A stretch of DNA of 32,358 nucleotides from Candidatus Limnocylindria bacterium (GCA_036393435.1 DASWGW010000032.1:1-32358), one strand, 5' to 3'. Shown: positions 5,106-15,799, counted from the stretch's first letter. Translations and numbers: made by a program. The notes: a model not told the origin generated them from the letters alone.

Positions 5106-7619
5106 ATGCATAGAAAGTTCACCGCCTGGCGGCCTGCTGCGGCCCTGATGTTCGGCACGGTGTTGCTGGCCACCATGGGTATCGCATCCCCTGTAGCCGC
5201 GGCGGACGGAGACAACCTCCGCACGATCATCGTCGATCGCACGGGTACGGACTGCGCTTCCTTCAACGCGGCGGGCGATCACAACAGCGTGGGCGTCGGA
5301 GTCGCGTTCGACGGCGTGAATCTGCTGGTGTCCTGTTACAGCGACAACACGATCACCGAGAACAGCCCGGCGGACGGCAGTCTGGTCGCCGTGCACCACA
5401 TCACGGGTGTGACCTTTCTCGGCGCGCTCGCGTGGGACAACGGCCGCGGCGTGGTCTGGGCATGCGGAAACTTCAGCACGATCGGCACGATCAATCTGGC
5501 AACGAACGTCTACACGCCGGTCTTCGATCCGGTGGGCGGCTGCTTCGACGGGCTCGCCTACGACGCTTCGGACGACACGCTCTGGTCAGGCTTTGACGCC
5601 AACAACCAGATCGACCACAGCACGACCACCGGCACCCACATCGCGACCTTCGCCCCGGGCATCAGCCGATCGGGTATCGCAGTCGGTGGCGACCTCATCT
5701 ACATGGCGGACAACGGTGGGCAGACGATCTGGCGCTCGCCGAAGGACTTCTCGGCGGTCACGGAGTTCGCCTCGTTCAGCCGGCGGCTCGAGGACCTCGA
5801 GTGCGATGACCTCACCTTCGGCACGCAGCTCAAGGCGGCGATCTGGGTCAACGACGCGTACGACAACATTCTCAACGCGTTCGAGATCCCGCTCGGCTCC
5901 TGCGCCTTCGGCGGCGGTGGCGGGGAGGAACCCGACTCCCTGACTCCGGCCGTGGTCAATGAGACGCTGCCTGCGGGCGAGTCCACGACGGTCGAGAAGA
6001 CGCTCCACCTCAACGGGCTGCCCGCGGAGGCGGACATCATCGTCGCGATCGACACGACCGCCAGCATGAGTGGCGCCCTCGTCAGCGCGAAGGCCGACGC
6101 GGTCCAGATCTGCGAGGACGTGAAAGACGAAATCCCCGGAGCTCGCTTCGCCGCCGTGGAGTTCCAGGACTATCCGATCTCGCCGTACGGTGCCACCACC
6201 GATTCGCCGTATGAGCTCCACACCGCCGGCTACACCGCCGACTGCGCGACGTTCGGTCTCGCCGTCGCGGCGATGACGCTCGGTAACGGCGCCGACGGTC
6301 CGGAGTCGAACAACCGCGTCCACTTCGAGGCGTACTCCGACTCGGTGCTCCTCGCCAGCAGAGATGCCGACGCGACCCGCTTCCTGGTCGTGCTGGCCGA
6401 CAACGTCCCACACAGCACCGTGGCATTCGGCGACTGCCCAGCCACCATCGACGCCGACGGCACCCCACTCAGTGACCCAGGCCGCAACGGCGTCAACGAG
6501 GAGGGTGCAGGGGACGACATCGAGACCCCGGACGCGATCGACGGGCTGAACGCCGACGATCACACACTGCTGTACATCAGCTACAACCGCGGATCGCCTC
6601 TCGGCTCAGCCGTACACCCCTGCCACGAGGATCTCGCAGTTGCAACCGGCGGCGTTGCCGTCGCGAGCAACGACGCCGAGGACATCGGCGCCTTCATCAT
6701 CGAGCAGGCGCAGGAGACCCCCTACACCGTCGACCTGGAGATCTCGGCGGGATGCGAGATCGGCTTCAGCTTTGATCCGGCGCCGCCCTACGGGCCGTTC
6801 ACCGGGGAGCAGACGATCCTGTTCACCGAGACCATCACGGCACCCGAAGTCGTGGGTGACTACACCTGCACCATCACCGCGGTCATGACCCCGGGTGGGC
6901 CGACGACCGCTGTCGAAACGGTCAACGTCACGGTGGTTCCTGGCGATCCGGCGACGCTCGAGCTCGAGCCGGCCACGGATACGAACACCGTGGACGAGGA
7001 GCACTGCGTCACGGCCACTGTCGAGGACGCCTTTGGGAACCCAACGCCGGGGGTCACCGTGGAGTTCTCGGTGAGCGGTCCCGGTGAGACCGAGGGCTCG
7101 GTCGTCACGGACGACGATGGCGAGGCCGAGTTCTGCTACACCTCGGCGCTGCCAGGCGAAGACGACATCAGCGCCTTTGCCGATACGAACGACAACGGGG
7201 CCCAGGACCCCGGTGAGCCGAGCGACACCGCGACGAAGACGTGGGTCATCCCGGCGAGCACCGAGGGCTGCAGGGTCACCTACGGCGGCTGGATCATCGC
7301 GACCAACGGTGACCAGGCGACCTTCGGCGGCAACGCGCAGGCCGACGGCCTCAGGGGGCAGCAGGAGTACCAGGATCACGGCCCTGCGGTGGTCATGAAC
7401 GTCCACTCGATCGACGTCCTGGCGGTCGAGTGCAGCAGTGACGGCACTGAGGCCAGCATCTTCGGCACGGCGACCGTCGACGGAGAAGGGGAGTTCGACT
7501 ACCGGATCGACCTGAAGGACCTGGGAGACTCGGGTACGGACACGTACCGGATCCGCCTGTCGGACGGCTACGACTCGGGCGAGCAGCCCCTCTCAGGAGG
7601 GAACGTCCGGATCCACTGA
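5106..7619 (+). CDS. secreted multidomain protein: signal peptide, beta-propeller-like repeats, vWA (MIDAS-like) domain, Ig-like (Big_1-type) domain and a C-terminal beta-rich module
   Basis: ATG 5106 is preceded by a strong SD (GGGAGAGAAGGGGAGG). Signal peptide MHRKFTAWRPAAALMFGTVLLATMGIASPVAAA. Repeated G[VIL]A[FWY]D-type blade motifs (GVAFDG, LAWDNG, LAYDAS, IAVGGDLIY). vWA core DIIVAIDTTASMSG...FLVVLADNVPH. Ig-like segment PATLELEPATDTNTVDEEHCVTATVEDAFGNPTPGVTVEFSV. The C-terminal ~125 aa run VTYGGWI...ATFGGNA...QEYQDH...GGNVRIH. No sortase, PEP-CTERM or lipobox signal. Confidence 0.85.
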   Translation: MHRKFTAWRPAAALMFGTVLLATMGIASPVAAADGDNLRTIIVDRTGTDCASFNAAGDHNSVGVGVAFDGVNLLVSCYSDNTITENSPADGSLVAVHHITGVTFLGALAWDNGRGVVWACGNFSTIGTINLATNVYTPVFDPVGGCFDGLAYDASDDTLWSGFDANNQIDHSTTTGTHIATFAPGISRSGIAVGGDLIYMADNGGQTIWRSPKDFSAVTEFASFSRRLEDLECDDLTFGTQLKAAIWVNDAYDNILNAFEIPLGSCAFGGGGGEEPDSLTPAVVNETLPAGESTTVEKTLHLNGLPAEADIIVAIDTTASMSGALVSAKADAVQICEDVKDEIPGARFAAVEFQDYPISPYGATTDSPYELHTAGYTADCATFGLAVAAMTLGNGADGPESNNRVHFEAYSDSVLLASRDADATRFLVVLADNVPHSTVAFGDCPATIDADGTPLSDPGRNGVNEEGAGDDIETPDAIDGLNADDHTLLYISYNRGSPLGSAVHPCHEDLAVATGGVAVASNDAEDIGAFIIEQAQETPYTVDLEISAGCEIGFSFDPAPPYGPFTGEQTILFTETITAPEVVGDYTCTITAVMTPGGPTTAVETVNVTVVPGDPATLELEPATDTNTVDEEHCVTATVEDAFGNPTPGVTVEFSVSGPGETEGSVVTDDDGEAEFCYTSALPGEDDISAFADTNDNGAQDPGEPSDTATKTWVIPASTEGCRVTYGGWIIATNGDQATFGGNAQADGLRGQQEYQDHGPAVVMNVHSIDVLAVECSSDGTEASIFGTATVDGEGEFDYRIDLKDLGDSGTDTYRIRLSDGYDSGEQPLSGGNVRIH

Positions 7620-7642
7620 CCGATCGGGTTTCGGCAACCACC

Positions 7643-7673
7643 GAAGGGAGAGGGCCGCGGGCCCTCTCCCTTC
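7643..7673. terminator. bidirectional intrinsic terminator hairpin between convergent genes
   Basis: Perfect 14-bp stem GAAGGGAGAGGGCC / GGCCCTCTCCCTTC with loop GCG, followed by TTT on the plus strand. It lies between the stop at 7619 and the minus-strand stop at 7676. Confidence 0.75.
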
Positions 7674-7675
7674 TT

Positions 7676-8530
7676 TCACCCAGGCTCCAGAAGCGGGGAG
7701 GCTCCCGCCGGCATTGCGTGCCGGGCCAGCTCAATCTCCGCGTCCGTCACGGCTGACCGGGACGTGAGAGCCGCAACGGTCAGCGGCGATGGATCGGCTT
7801 GGTACTGGTCCCGCAGGATGCGCTGGCAGGCAAGAAACTGTCGCCGCGCGGCGTGGCCGCGGCCCTCGCGCGCGTAGAGCTCGATGGCGAGCCGGTGCGC
7901 GTCCTCGTCCGCCGGATCGAGCGCGAGGCTGCGCTCGACGACCGCGTGTGCCTGGGCAAGATGATTTCCCTCGCCCAGTGCCTGGGCGGCGGGAAGCAAC
8001 GCAGACTCCCAGCGCAGCATGAGCTGGTCGCGGTGCCGCGCGAGCCACGGCTCATAGGGATCATCGGGGAGCAGCTCACAGCTGTCGATCGCGAGGATGA
8101 GCTCCGTCTCGCTCGACACTTTTCGAAGCCACTCTTCATCGGGCCGCGGCGCGCGGCCCCGGAGGAGGCATTCCAGCCGATCGAGCGCGGACTCCAGAGC
8201 GGCGTGATCCGTCTCGAGCCGAACCGCCGAAGAGAACCCGACCACTCGATGGTCGTGCAGGAGCACGGCTCCAGGCGAGTTGGGTTCGAGCGCACGGCCG
8301 AGGAAGTGCAGCGCCCGGCGGAGGTTCGCCATGGCCCGGCCCGGCGGAGCCTCCGGCCAGAGCAGCTCCGCCGCGACCTCACGCCGCAACTGGTGGCGCG
8401 GGCTGACGAGGAGGAGCTTGAGGAGCCGCTCGGCGGAGCCGTGTTGCCAGGCGAGCGCGTCGAGGCGCCTTCCGTCAAGCGTAACCTTGAACGTACCCAG
8501 CAACTGGGCGCTCAGACGCCGGGGCAGCAT
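7676..8530 (-). CDS. SARP-family (AfsR/DnrI/RedD-type) transcriptional regulator: OmpR-like winged helix plus BTAD domain
   Basis: Start taken at ATG 8530 (MLPRRLSAQLLGTFKVTLDGRRLD...), because an ORF start at 8662 would overlap ogt. N-terminal pattern LLGxFxVxxDGxxL...LLKLLL...ELLWPE...ANLRRALHFL. C-terminal BTAD/TPR-like pattern LDPADEDAHRLAIELYAREGRGHAARRQFLACQRILRDQYQADPSP. Confidence 0.85.
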   Translation of the reverse strand: MLPRRLSAQLLGTFKVTLDGRRLDALAWQHGSAERLLKLLLVSPRHQLRREVAAELLWPEAPPGRAMANLRRALHFLGRALEPNSPGAVLLHDHRVVGFSSAVRLETDHAALESALDRLECLLRGRAPRPDEEWLRKVSSETELILAIDSCELLPDDPYEPWLARHRDQLMLRWESALLPAAQALGEGNHLAQAHAVVERSLALDPADEDAHRLAIELYAREGRGHAARRQFLACQRILRDQYQADPSPLTVAALTSRSAVTDAEIELARHAMPAGASPLLEPG

Positions 8531-8595
8531 CACGTGGCGCCGGGTCAAAGCGCGGTCCCTCCTCGGCGACGTCTCCGGTCGATGCCGGCCGCCGG

Positions 8596-8625
8596 AGCCT
8601 ACGCCCGAGGGGTGCGTTCCGTCAA
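8596..8625 (-). promoter_or_regulatory. putative promoter of the SARP gene (-35 TTGACG, 18-nt spacer, -10 TAGGCT)
   Basis: The minus strand reads TTGACG (8625..8620), 18 nt, then TAGGCT (8601..8596). The -35 lies inside the inverted repeat CCGTCAA-N7-TTGACGG just downstream of the ogt stop. Confidence 0.35.
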
Positions 8626-8651
8626 CGGCGATTTGACGGCTGACGGGGCAT

Positions 8652-9140
8652 TCAGCGGCCACGCTCCATGTCGAGCAGGCGGCGCTTCACCTCGATGTCG
8701 CCGCCGCCCCAGCCGGAGAAGCCGTCGGCGGCCCGCACCACCCGGTGACATGGGACGGCGGGGAAGAGCGGGCACCGCGCCATCGCGCCGCCCACCGCCC
8801 GCGCCGCGCCGGGTGAGCCGATGAGCGCCGCCACCTCGCCGTACGTGACGGTCTCTCCAGCCGGCACCGAGCGCACGGCCTCGTAGACCCGCGCGTCGAA
8901 GGCGGACAGGCCGTGCTCGTCGACCGCCGGCAGGGGTCCCCCTGAGAGCGCGTCCTCCAGCCAGCCCGACGCCAGGTCGGCCGGCACGGGCTCGGTGCCG
9001 CGGAAGCGCCGACGGAGCTGCGCCAGGAAGGACTCGAGGGAGTCAGAACGGCTCACCGCGGCGATGCCCGCATCGGTCTCCGCCAGCAGCATCGGGCCCA
9101 GGGACGTGCCCACTCGCGCGAAGCGCAGATCGCCGCTCAT
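8652..9140 (-). CDS. ogt: methylated-DNA--protein-cysteine methyltransferase (O6-alkylguanine-DNA alkyltransferase)
   Basis: 162 aa. The C-terminal domain carries TVTYGEVAALIGSPGAARAVGGA and the active site PCHRVV. Confidence 0.92.
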   Translation of the reverse strand: MSGDLRFARVGTSLGPMLLAETDAGIAAVSRSDSLESFLAQLRRRFRGTEPVPADLASGWLEDALSGGPLPAVDEHGLSAFDARVYEAVRSVPAGETVTYGEVAALIGSPGAARAVGGAMARCPLFPAVPCHRVVRAADGFSGWGGGDIEVKRRLLDMERGR

Positions 9141-9193
9141 CGGCCCAGCATCCCATGACGATCGAGTCGGGCGGAAGTGTGGATAACGCGTGC

Positions 9194-9199
9194 TATCCT
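9194..9199 (+). promoter_or_regulatory. putative extended -10 box (TGCTATCCT) upstream of clpX
   Basis: TATCCT is preceded by TGC. It ends 9 nt before ATG 9209 and 26 nt before the clpX ATG at 9226. Confidence 0.35.
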
Positions 9200-9207
9200 G
9201 CCGGTCC

Positions 9208-9241
9208 GATGATCACCAAGTCGCGATGACCACCAAGTCGA
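9208..9241 (+). repeat. 17-bp tandem duplication spanning the clpX start (GATGATCACCAAGTCGC / GATGACCACCAAGTCGA)
   Basis: 15 of 17 positions are identical. The first unit holds ATG 9209 and the second holds the clpX ATG at 9226. Confidence 0.85.
9209..9229 (+). other. candidate 6-codon upstream mini-ORF (MITKSR) overlapping the clpX start codon
   Basis: ATG ATC ACC AAG TCG CGA TGA. The TGA (9227..9229) overlaps the clpX ATG (9226..9228) as ATGA. Translation is unproven. Confidence 0.3.
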
Positions 9242-10536
9242 AGGTCCCGTACCGCTGCTCCTTCTGCGGCAAGAGCCAGGAGCAGGTCCGCAAGCTGATC
9301 GCGGGCCAGGGCGTGTACATCTGCGACGAGTGCATCAACCTCTGCCAGGAGATCATCGAGGAGGAGATGCTCGAGTCTCCGCGCGCCAGCCTGGCGCAGG
9401 CGGCTCCGCTCCCCAGCCCGCGGCGCATCAAGGACCAGCTCGACGCCTACGTCATCAGCCAGGAGCAGGCCAAGAAGGTCCTCTCGGTCGCGGTCTACAA
9501 CCACTACAAGCGCGTGAACGCCGGCCACAGCGTGGACGACGTCGAACTCGGCAAGTCGAACGTCCTGCTCGTCGGGCCGACCGGCTCCGGCAAGACGCTG
9601 CTGGCGCAGACGCTGGCGCGTGTCCTCGACGTTCCCTTCTGCATCGCCGATGCGACCTCGCTGACGGAGGCGGGCTACGTCGGTGAGGACGTCGAGAACA
9701 TCCTGCTGCGCCTGATCCAGGCCGCGGACTTCGACGTCCAGCGCGCCCAGCGGGGGATCATCTACATCGACGAGATCGACAAGATCGCGCGGAAGACGGA
9801 CAACCCGTCGATCACCCGGGACGTCTCCGGCGAGGGGGTGCAGCAGGCGCTCCTGAAGATCCTCGAGGGCACGGTCGCCAACGTCCCGCCGCAGGGCGGA
9901 CGCAAGCACCCGCACCAGGACTTCATCCAGATCGACACCACGAACGTGCTGTTCATCTGCGGTGGCGCCTTCGAGGGCCTCGAGAAGATCATCGAGGAGC
10001 GGGTCGGCAAGCGAGGCATCGGATTCGGCTCGCAGGCCCAGCAGTCGAAGGAGGAGCGGCGCGCGGCGCTGCTCGACAAGCTCATGCCGGAGGACCTGCT
10101 CAAGTACGGGCTCATCCCTGAGTTCGTCGGTCGCCTGCCGGTGGTCGTGAGCCTCGCGGCGCTGGCGCACGAGGACCTGGTCAAGGTGCTCACCGAGCCA
10201 CGCAACGCGGTGACGCGGCAGTTCACGAAGTTCTTGAGCATCGACAAGGTCGAGCTCGTCTTCACGCCGGAGGCGCTGGAGGCGACCGCCAAGCTGGCCC
10301 TGGAGCGCAAGACGGGCGCCCGGGCCCTGCGCACCATCGTCGAGGAGGCGCTGCTCGAGGTGATGTACGACATCCCGGAGCGCACCGACGTCAAGAAGGT
10401 CGTCATCACCGCGGAGACCGTCGAGCACGGCCAGCCGCCGATGCTGCTCACCGAGACCGAGGACGCCGAGCCACGCCGGCGCGCGCGCCCCGCGCGAGCG
10501 GCGCGCGACGATGAGCGCGAGGAAGAGTCCGCCTAG
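9226..10536 (+). CDS. clpX: ATP-dependent Clp protease ATP-binding subunit ClpX
   Basis: N-terminal zinc-binding module [11 protein letters not shown]...YICDECI, Walker A GPTGSGKT, Walker [13 protein letters not shown] loop (RGIGFG), sensor-II region TGARALR. Confidence 0.95.
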   Translation: MTTKSKVPYRCSFCGKSQEQVRKLIAGQGVYICDECINLCQEIIEEEMLESPRASLAQAAPLPSPRRIKDQLDAYVISQEQAKKVLSVAVYNHYKRVNAGHSVDDVELGKSNVLLVGPTGSGKTLLAQTLARVLDVPFCIADATSLTEAGYVGEDVENILLRLIQAADFDVQRAQRGIIYIDEIDKIARKTDNPSITRDVSGEGVQQALLKILEGTVANVPPQGGRKHPHQDFIQIDTTNVLFICGGAFEGLEKIIEERVGKRGIGFGSQAQQSKEERRAALLDKLMPEDLLKYGLIPEFVGRLPVVVSLAALAHEDLVKVLTEPRNAVTRQFTKFLSIDKVELVFTPEALEATAKLALERKTGARALRTIVEEALLEVMYDIPERTDVKKVVITAETVEHGQPPMLLTETEDAEPRRRARPARAARDDEREEESA

Positions 10537-11360
10537 GTCTTGACGCGGATCCCCGCGCCTTTGAGCTCGGCGAGGATCCTCCGGCGCAGCTCCTTCTCCG
10601 CTGCATCCCGCTCCGTCACCTTCACCTGTCCGGCAACATGCAGGACGCCGCCCTCGCCCTCGTCCGCGGCCACGCGCGCGACCGACGGAGCGTCGGTGAG
10701 GCGCGGAGACCAGTCCGGCTCCGCCTTCATCGCTCGCCCGGCGCGGTTGATGAGGTCTCCCGCGCGCGCCGAGTCGCCGCGGTCGGCGAGCTTGACCTCG
10801 ACCTGGAGCGGCGCCCACAGCCGGGTCAGGTTAGAGGCGACGACGATCTGGCCGTTCGGGACGCTGTGGACGGTCCCGTCGAGGTCGCGGAGCGTCGTGC
10901 GTCGCAGGCTGAAGTCCTGGACGACTCCCTCCACGCCGGCGATGCGAACGACGTCGCCCTCGCTGTACTGGTTCTCGACGACGATGAAGATTCCGGCGAG
11001 CCAGTCTCGGATCAGGCTCTGCGCCCCGAACCCGACGGCGATGCCCACGACGCCGAGCCCCGCCAGCGCCGGACCGATGTTGATGCCGAAGAGTGCCAGC
11101 ACCATGAGCGCGGCGATGACGGCGATGACCGTCGCCGCCACCCGCACGGCCAGGCGGCCGACGGTGGCCACCCGCCGCTCGAGCTCGGCTGCAGGCAGGG
11201 TCCCTCGGCCGGCCTCCGCGTTGCGGCGCTCGACGAGATGCCGGAGGCTGACGGCGATCGCCAGCCGGATGAGCAGGAAGGCCGCGACGGACAACACGGC
11301 GATGAGGCCGATGAGCAGGGCGGTACTGGTCCACGGCAGGCTGGGCATTTCGAATGGCAT
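10533..11360 (-). CDS. mechanosensitive ion channel family protein (MscS-like)
   Basis: Three N-terminal TM helices and the conserved pore/beta-domain region [65 protein letters not shown]. Confidence 0.9.
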   Translation of the reverse strand: MPFEMPSLPWTSTALLIGLIAVLSVAAFLLIRLAIAVSLRHLVERRNAEAGRGTLPAAELERRVATVGRLAVRVAATVIAVIAALMVLALFGINIGPALAGLGVVGIAVGFGAQSLIRDWLAGIFIVVENQYSEGDVVRIAGVEGVVQDFSLRRTTLRDLDGTVHSVPNGQIVVASNLTRLWAPLQVEVKLADRGDSARAGDLINRAGRAMKAEPDWSPRLTDAPSVARVAADEGEGGVLHVAGQVKVTERDAAEKELRRRILAELKGAGIRVKT

Positions 11361-11533
11361 GGTAGCCGCCCGCGCGCCCCGCGCCAGAGCCGCCGAGGGC
11401 GGCCGGCGACGGTACCGATGTCGGCTGGGTGGGAGTACTTCCGGGGACGGTGGGTTTGCCCCGCCGCACCGCTACGATTGGGGCTGGCCGCACCGCCGGC
11501 GTGGCCGTCCAGGGTAAGGAGCGATCGACAGCG

Positions 11534-12790
11534 ATGACCGCACACCAGCGCCGACCGGGCTTCCGCCTGCCGTGGTCCTCTGAGACCGAGACGGGCGACG
11601 CGGGCTCGACCGATGCCGAGGGGCAGTCCGCCGAGGCCGCCGCCGATCCATGGGCACCACGCACGGATGCGCCGGCCGATGCCGGTTCAGCCGACGAGAT
11701 GGGCGATCACGCGGCGACGACCGCCGCTGCCGCCGACGATGACCAGACGGCCGACGCGACCGGCAAGGCCACCGCCGATGCACCACAGACCATGACCCAC
11801 CCCACACCGGAGGCCCAGATGCCCGCGACCACCGCCCAGCCGACCACTCCTGCCGACGAGGCCACCCCGGCGACCGGCTTCCTCGGCGACCTCGTGGCGG
11901 CGATGCGGCGCGTGGCCGATGAGGCTGTCGAGTCGACCCTGTCCGAGCTCCGATCGCGGGTCGACGAGGCGATCCGCGAGCGCGAGGCGGACGCCGAGCG
12001 TCGCCGCAACGAGCTTCGCGGCAAGGCCGAGGCGGACATCGCCGGAGTCGGCGACTGGGCCAAGTCGGAGGCCGAGCGCATCAAGGCCGATGCCGAGCAG
12101 CGCGTCGCCGCGCGACGCGCGCAGCTCGACCAGCAGCTGGCCGCCGAGACGTCACAGGTGGAGTCGGCCGCCGACGCGCTCCGCTCGCGCATCGCCGCAT
12201 ACGAGCGCGAGCTCGAGAGCTACCACGAGCAGCTGGCCGCCACCAACGATCCCGCGGCGTTCGCGACCGCGGCGAAGCGCATGCCGCCGCCGCCCGCCCT
12301 GGACGCCTCTGCGGCGGCTCCCGCCGTTCCCGCCGCCAGGCCCGCGCCCGAGCCCGAGCCGGAGCCGCCGGCAGTCAGCCAGGCCGACGAGGCTCCCGGC
12401 ACGAACGGCTCCGCGCCCGCCGCGCCGGTCGCCGACGTGGAGGGGGCCGAAGTCCCGGCCACGGACCTCGACGAGCTCGATGCGACCCCGGAGCCGGCCG
12501 CCGCGGCCGCCGCGCCCGAGACGTACGCCGAGCCCGTCGCGACGGAGATCGTCGTCAAGGGACTGGGCAGCTTCGGGGCGATCACCGGGTTCCGGCAGCA
12601 GCTCGCCAACGTCGAGGGCATCGACGCCGTCGGGCTGAGCCTCGGCACGAGCGGCGAGTTCGTGTTCCGCGCCACGCACCGGCCGAGCGTCGACATGGCC
12701 GCCGCCATCACGACGCTCGAGGGCGATGCCGTGGAGATCGAGCCGCGTGCCGAGGGCGGCCTTCGCGTCACGCTGGGCCGGCCCCGCTAG
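11534..12790 (+). CDS. hypothetical Ala/Glu/Pro-rich coiled-coil protein with a compact C-terminal domain
   Basis: ATG 11534 has AAGGAG 13 nt upstream. Acidic low-complexity N-terminus, a ~110-aa charged heptad-like region (EREADAERRRNELRGKAEADI...EAERIKADAEQRVAARRAQLDQQL), a Pro/Ala linker and a C-terminal ~85-aa globular segment (EIVVKGLGSFGAITGFRQQLANVEGIDAVGLS...). No family recognised. Confidence 0.6.
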   Translation: MTAHQRRPGFRLPWSSETETGDAGSTDAEGQSAEAAADPWAPRTDAPADAGSADEMGDHAATTAAAADDDQTADATGKATADAPQTMTHPTPEAQMPATTAQPTTPADEATPATGFLGDLVAAMRRVADEAVESTLSELRSRVDEAIREREADAERRRNELRGKAEADIAGVGDWAKSEAERIKADAEQRVAARRAQLDQQLAAETSQVESAADALRSRIAAYERELESYHEQLAATNDPAAFATAAKRMPPPPALDASAAAPAVPAARPAPEPEPEPPAVSQADEAPGTNGSAPAAPVADVEGAEVPATDLDELDATPEPAAAAAAPETYAEPVATEIVVKGLGSFGAITGFRQQLANVEGIDAVGLSLGTSGEFVFRATHRPSVDMAAAITTLEGDAVEIEPRAEGGLRVTLGRPR

Positions 12791-12828
12791 ACCGGCCACG
12801 CACCCCTGGCCGCGCGGCGGGCCGGTGG

Positions 12829-12834
12829 TACACT
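12829..12834 (+). promoter_or_regulatory. putative extended -10 box (TGGTACACT) of the valS leader
   Basis: TACACT is preceded by TGG, about 10 to 20 nt upstream of the first T-box Stem I elements. Confidence 0.35.
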
Positions 12835-12844
12835 CGCGGCACGG

Positions 12845-13053
12845 CGTCGACCGTGAGGAGTAGCCCTCCATCGACCGCATCAGAGAACGCGGAGCCATGG
12901 GCTGAGAGCCCGCCGCGGAGCGAGAGGGCGAAGGTCGCACGCGAGCCGGCCGGGTCCGCCCGATAGCGCGGAACGAGAGGCGGCCGCACCGGTCGCGAAC
13001 GAAGGTGGTACCACGACGAGCCCGTTCGTCCTTCGACGAGCGGGCTTTGTGTT
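12845..13053 (+). promoter_or_regulatory. T-box leader (tRNA-sensing riboswitch) with intrinsic terminator, controlling valS
   Basis: Stem I-like elements: GUGAGGAGUAG (12853..12863), AGAGA (12882..12886) and a CCCUC/GAGGG helix, followed by CGAAGGUCGCAC, which contains GUC (Val) at 12934..12936. T-box core GGTGGTACCACG lies at 13004..13015; its UGGU fits a discriminator A. The terminator has a 12-bp stem at 13019..13046 (AGCCCGTTCGTC-CTTC-GACGAGCGGGCT) followed by TTGTGTT. CGAACG (12996..13001) can pair with CGTTCG (13023..13028) inside the terminator 5' arm, which gives mutually exclusive folds. Confidence 0.72.
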
Positions 13054-13082
13054 GGGCGAGCGTTTCAGGAGCGAATGGACCG

Positions 13083-15773
<2,691 letters not shown>

Positions 15774-15799
15774 GAAGCCCGGACGAGCAGGACCGCTGG

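Noticed and set aside
9193-10818. 541-aa minus-strand ORF
   Set aside because: It is antisense to clpX and runs into the MscS gene in a different frame. The composition is Arg/Leu/Asp/Gly-rich with no motifs, so it is a high-GC artefact.
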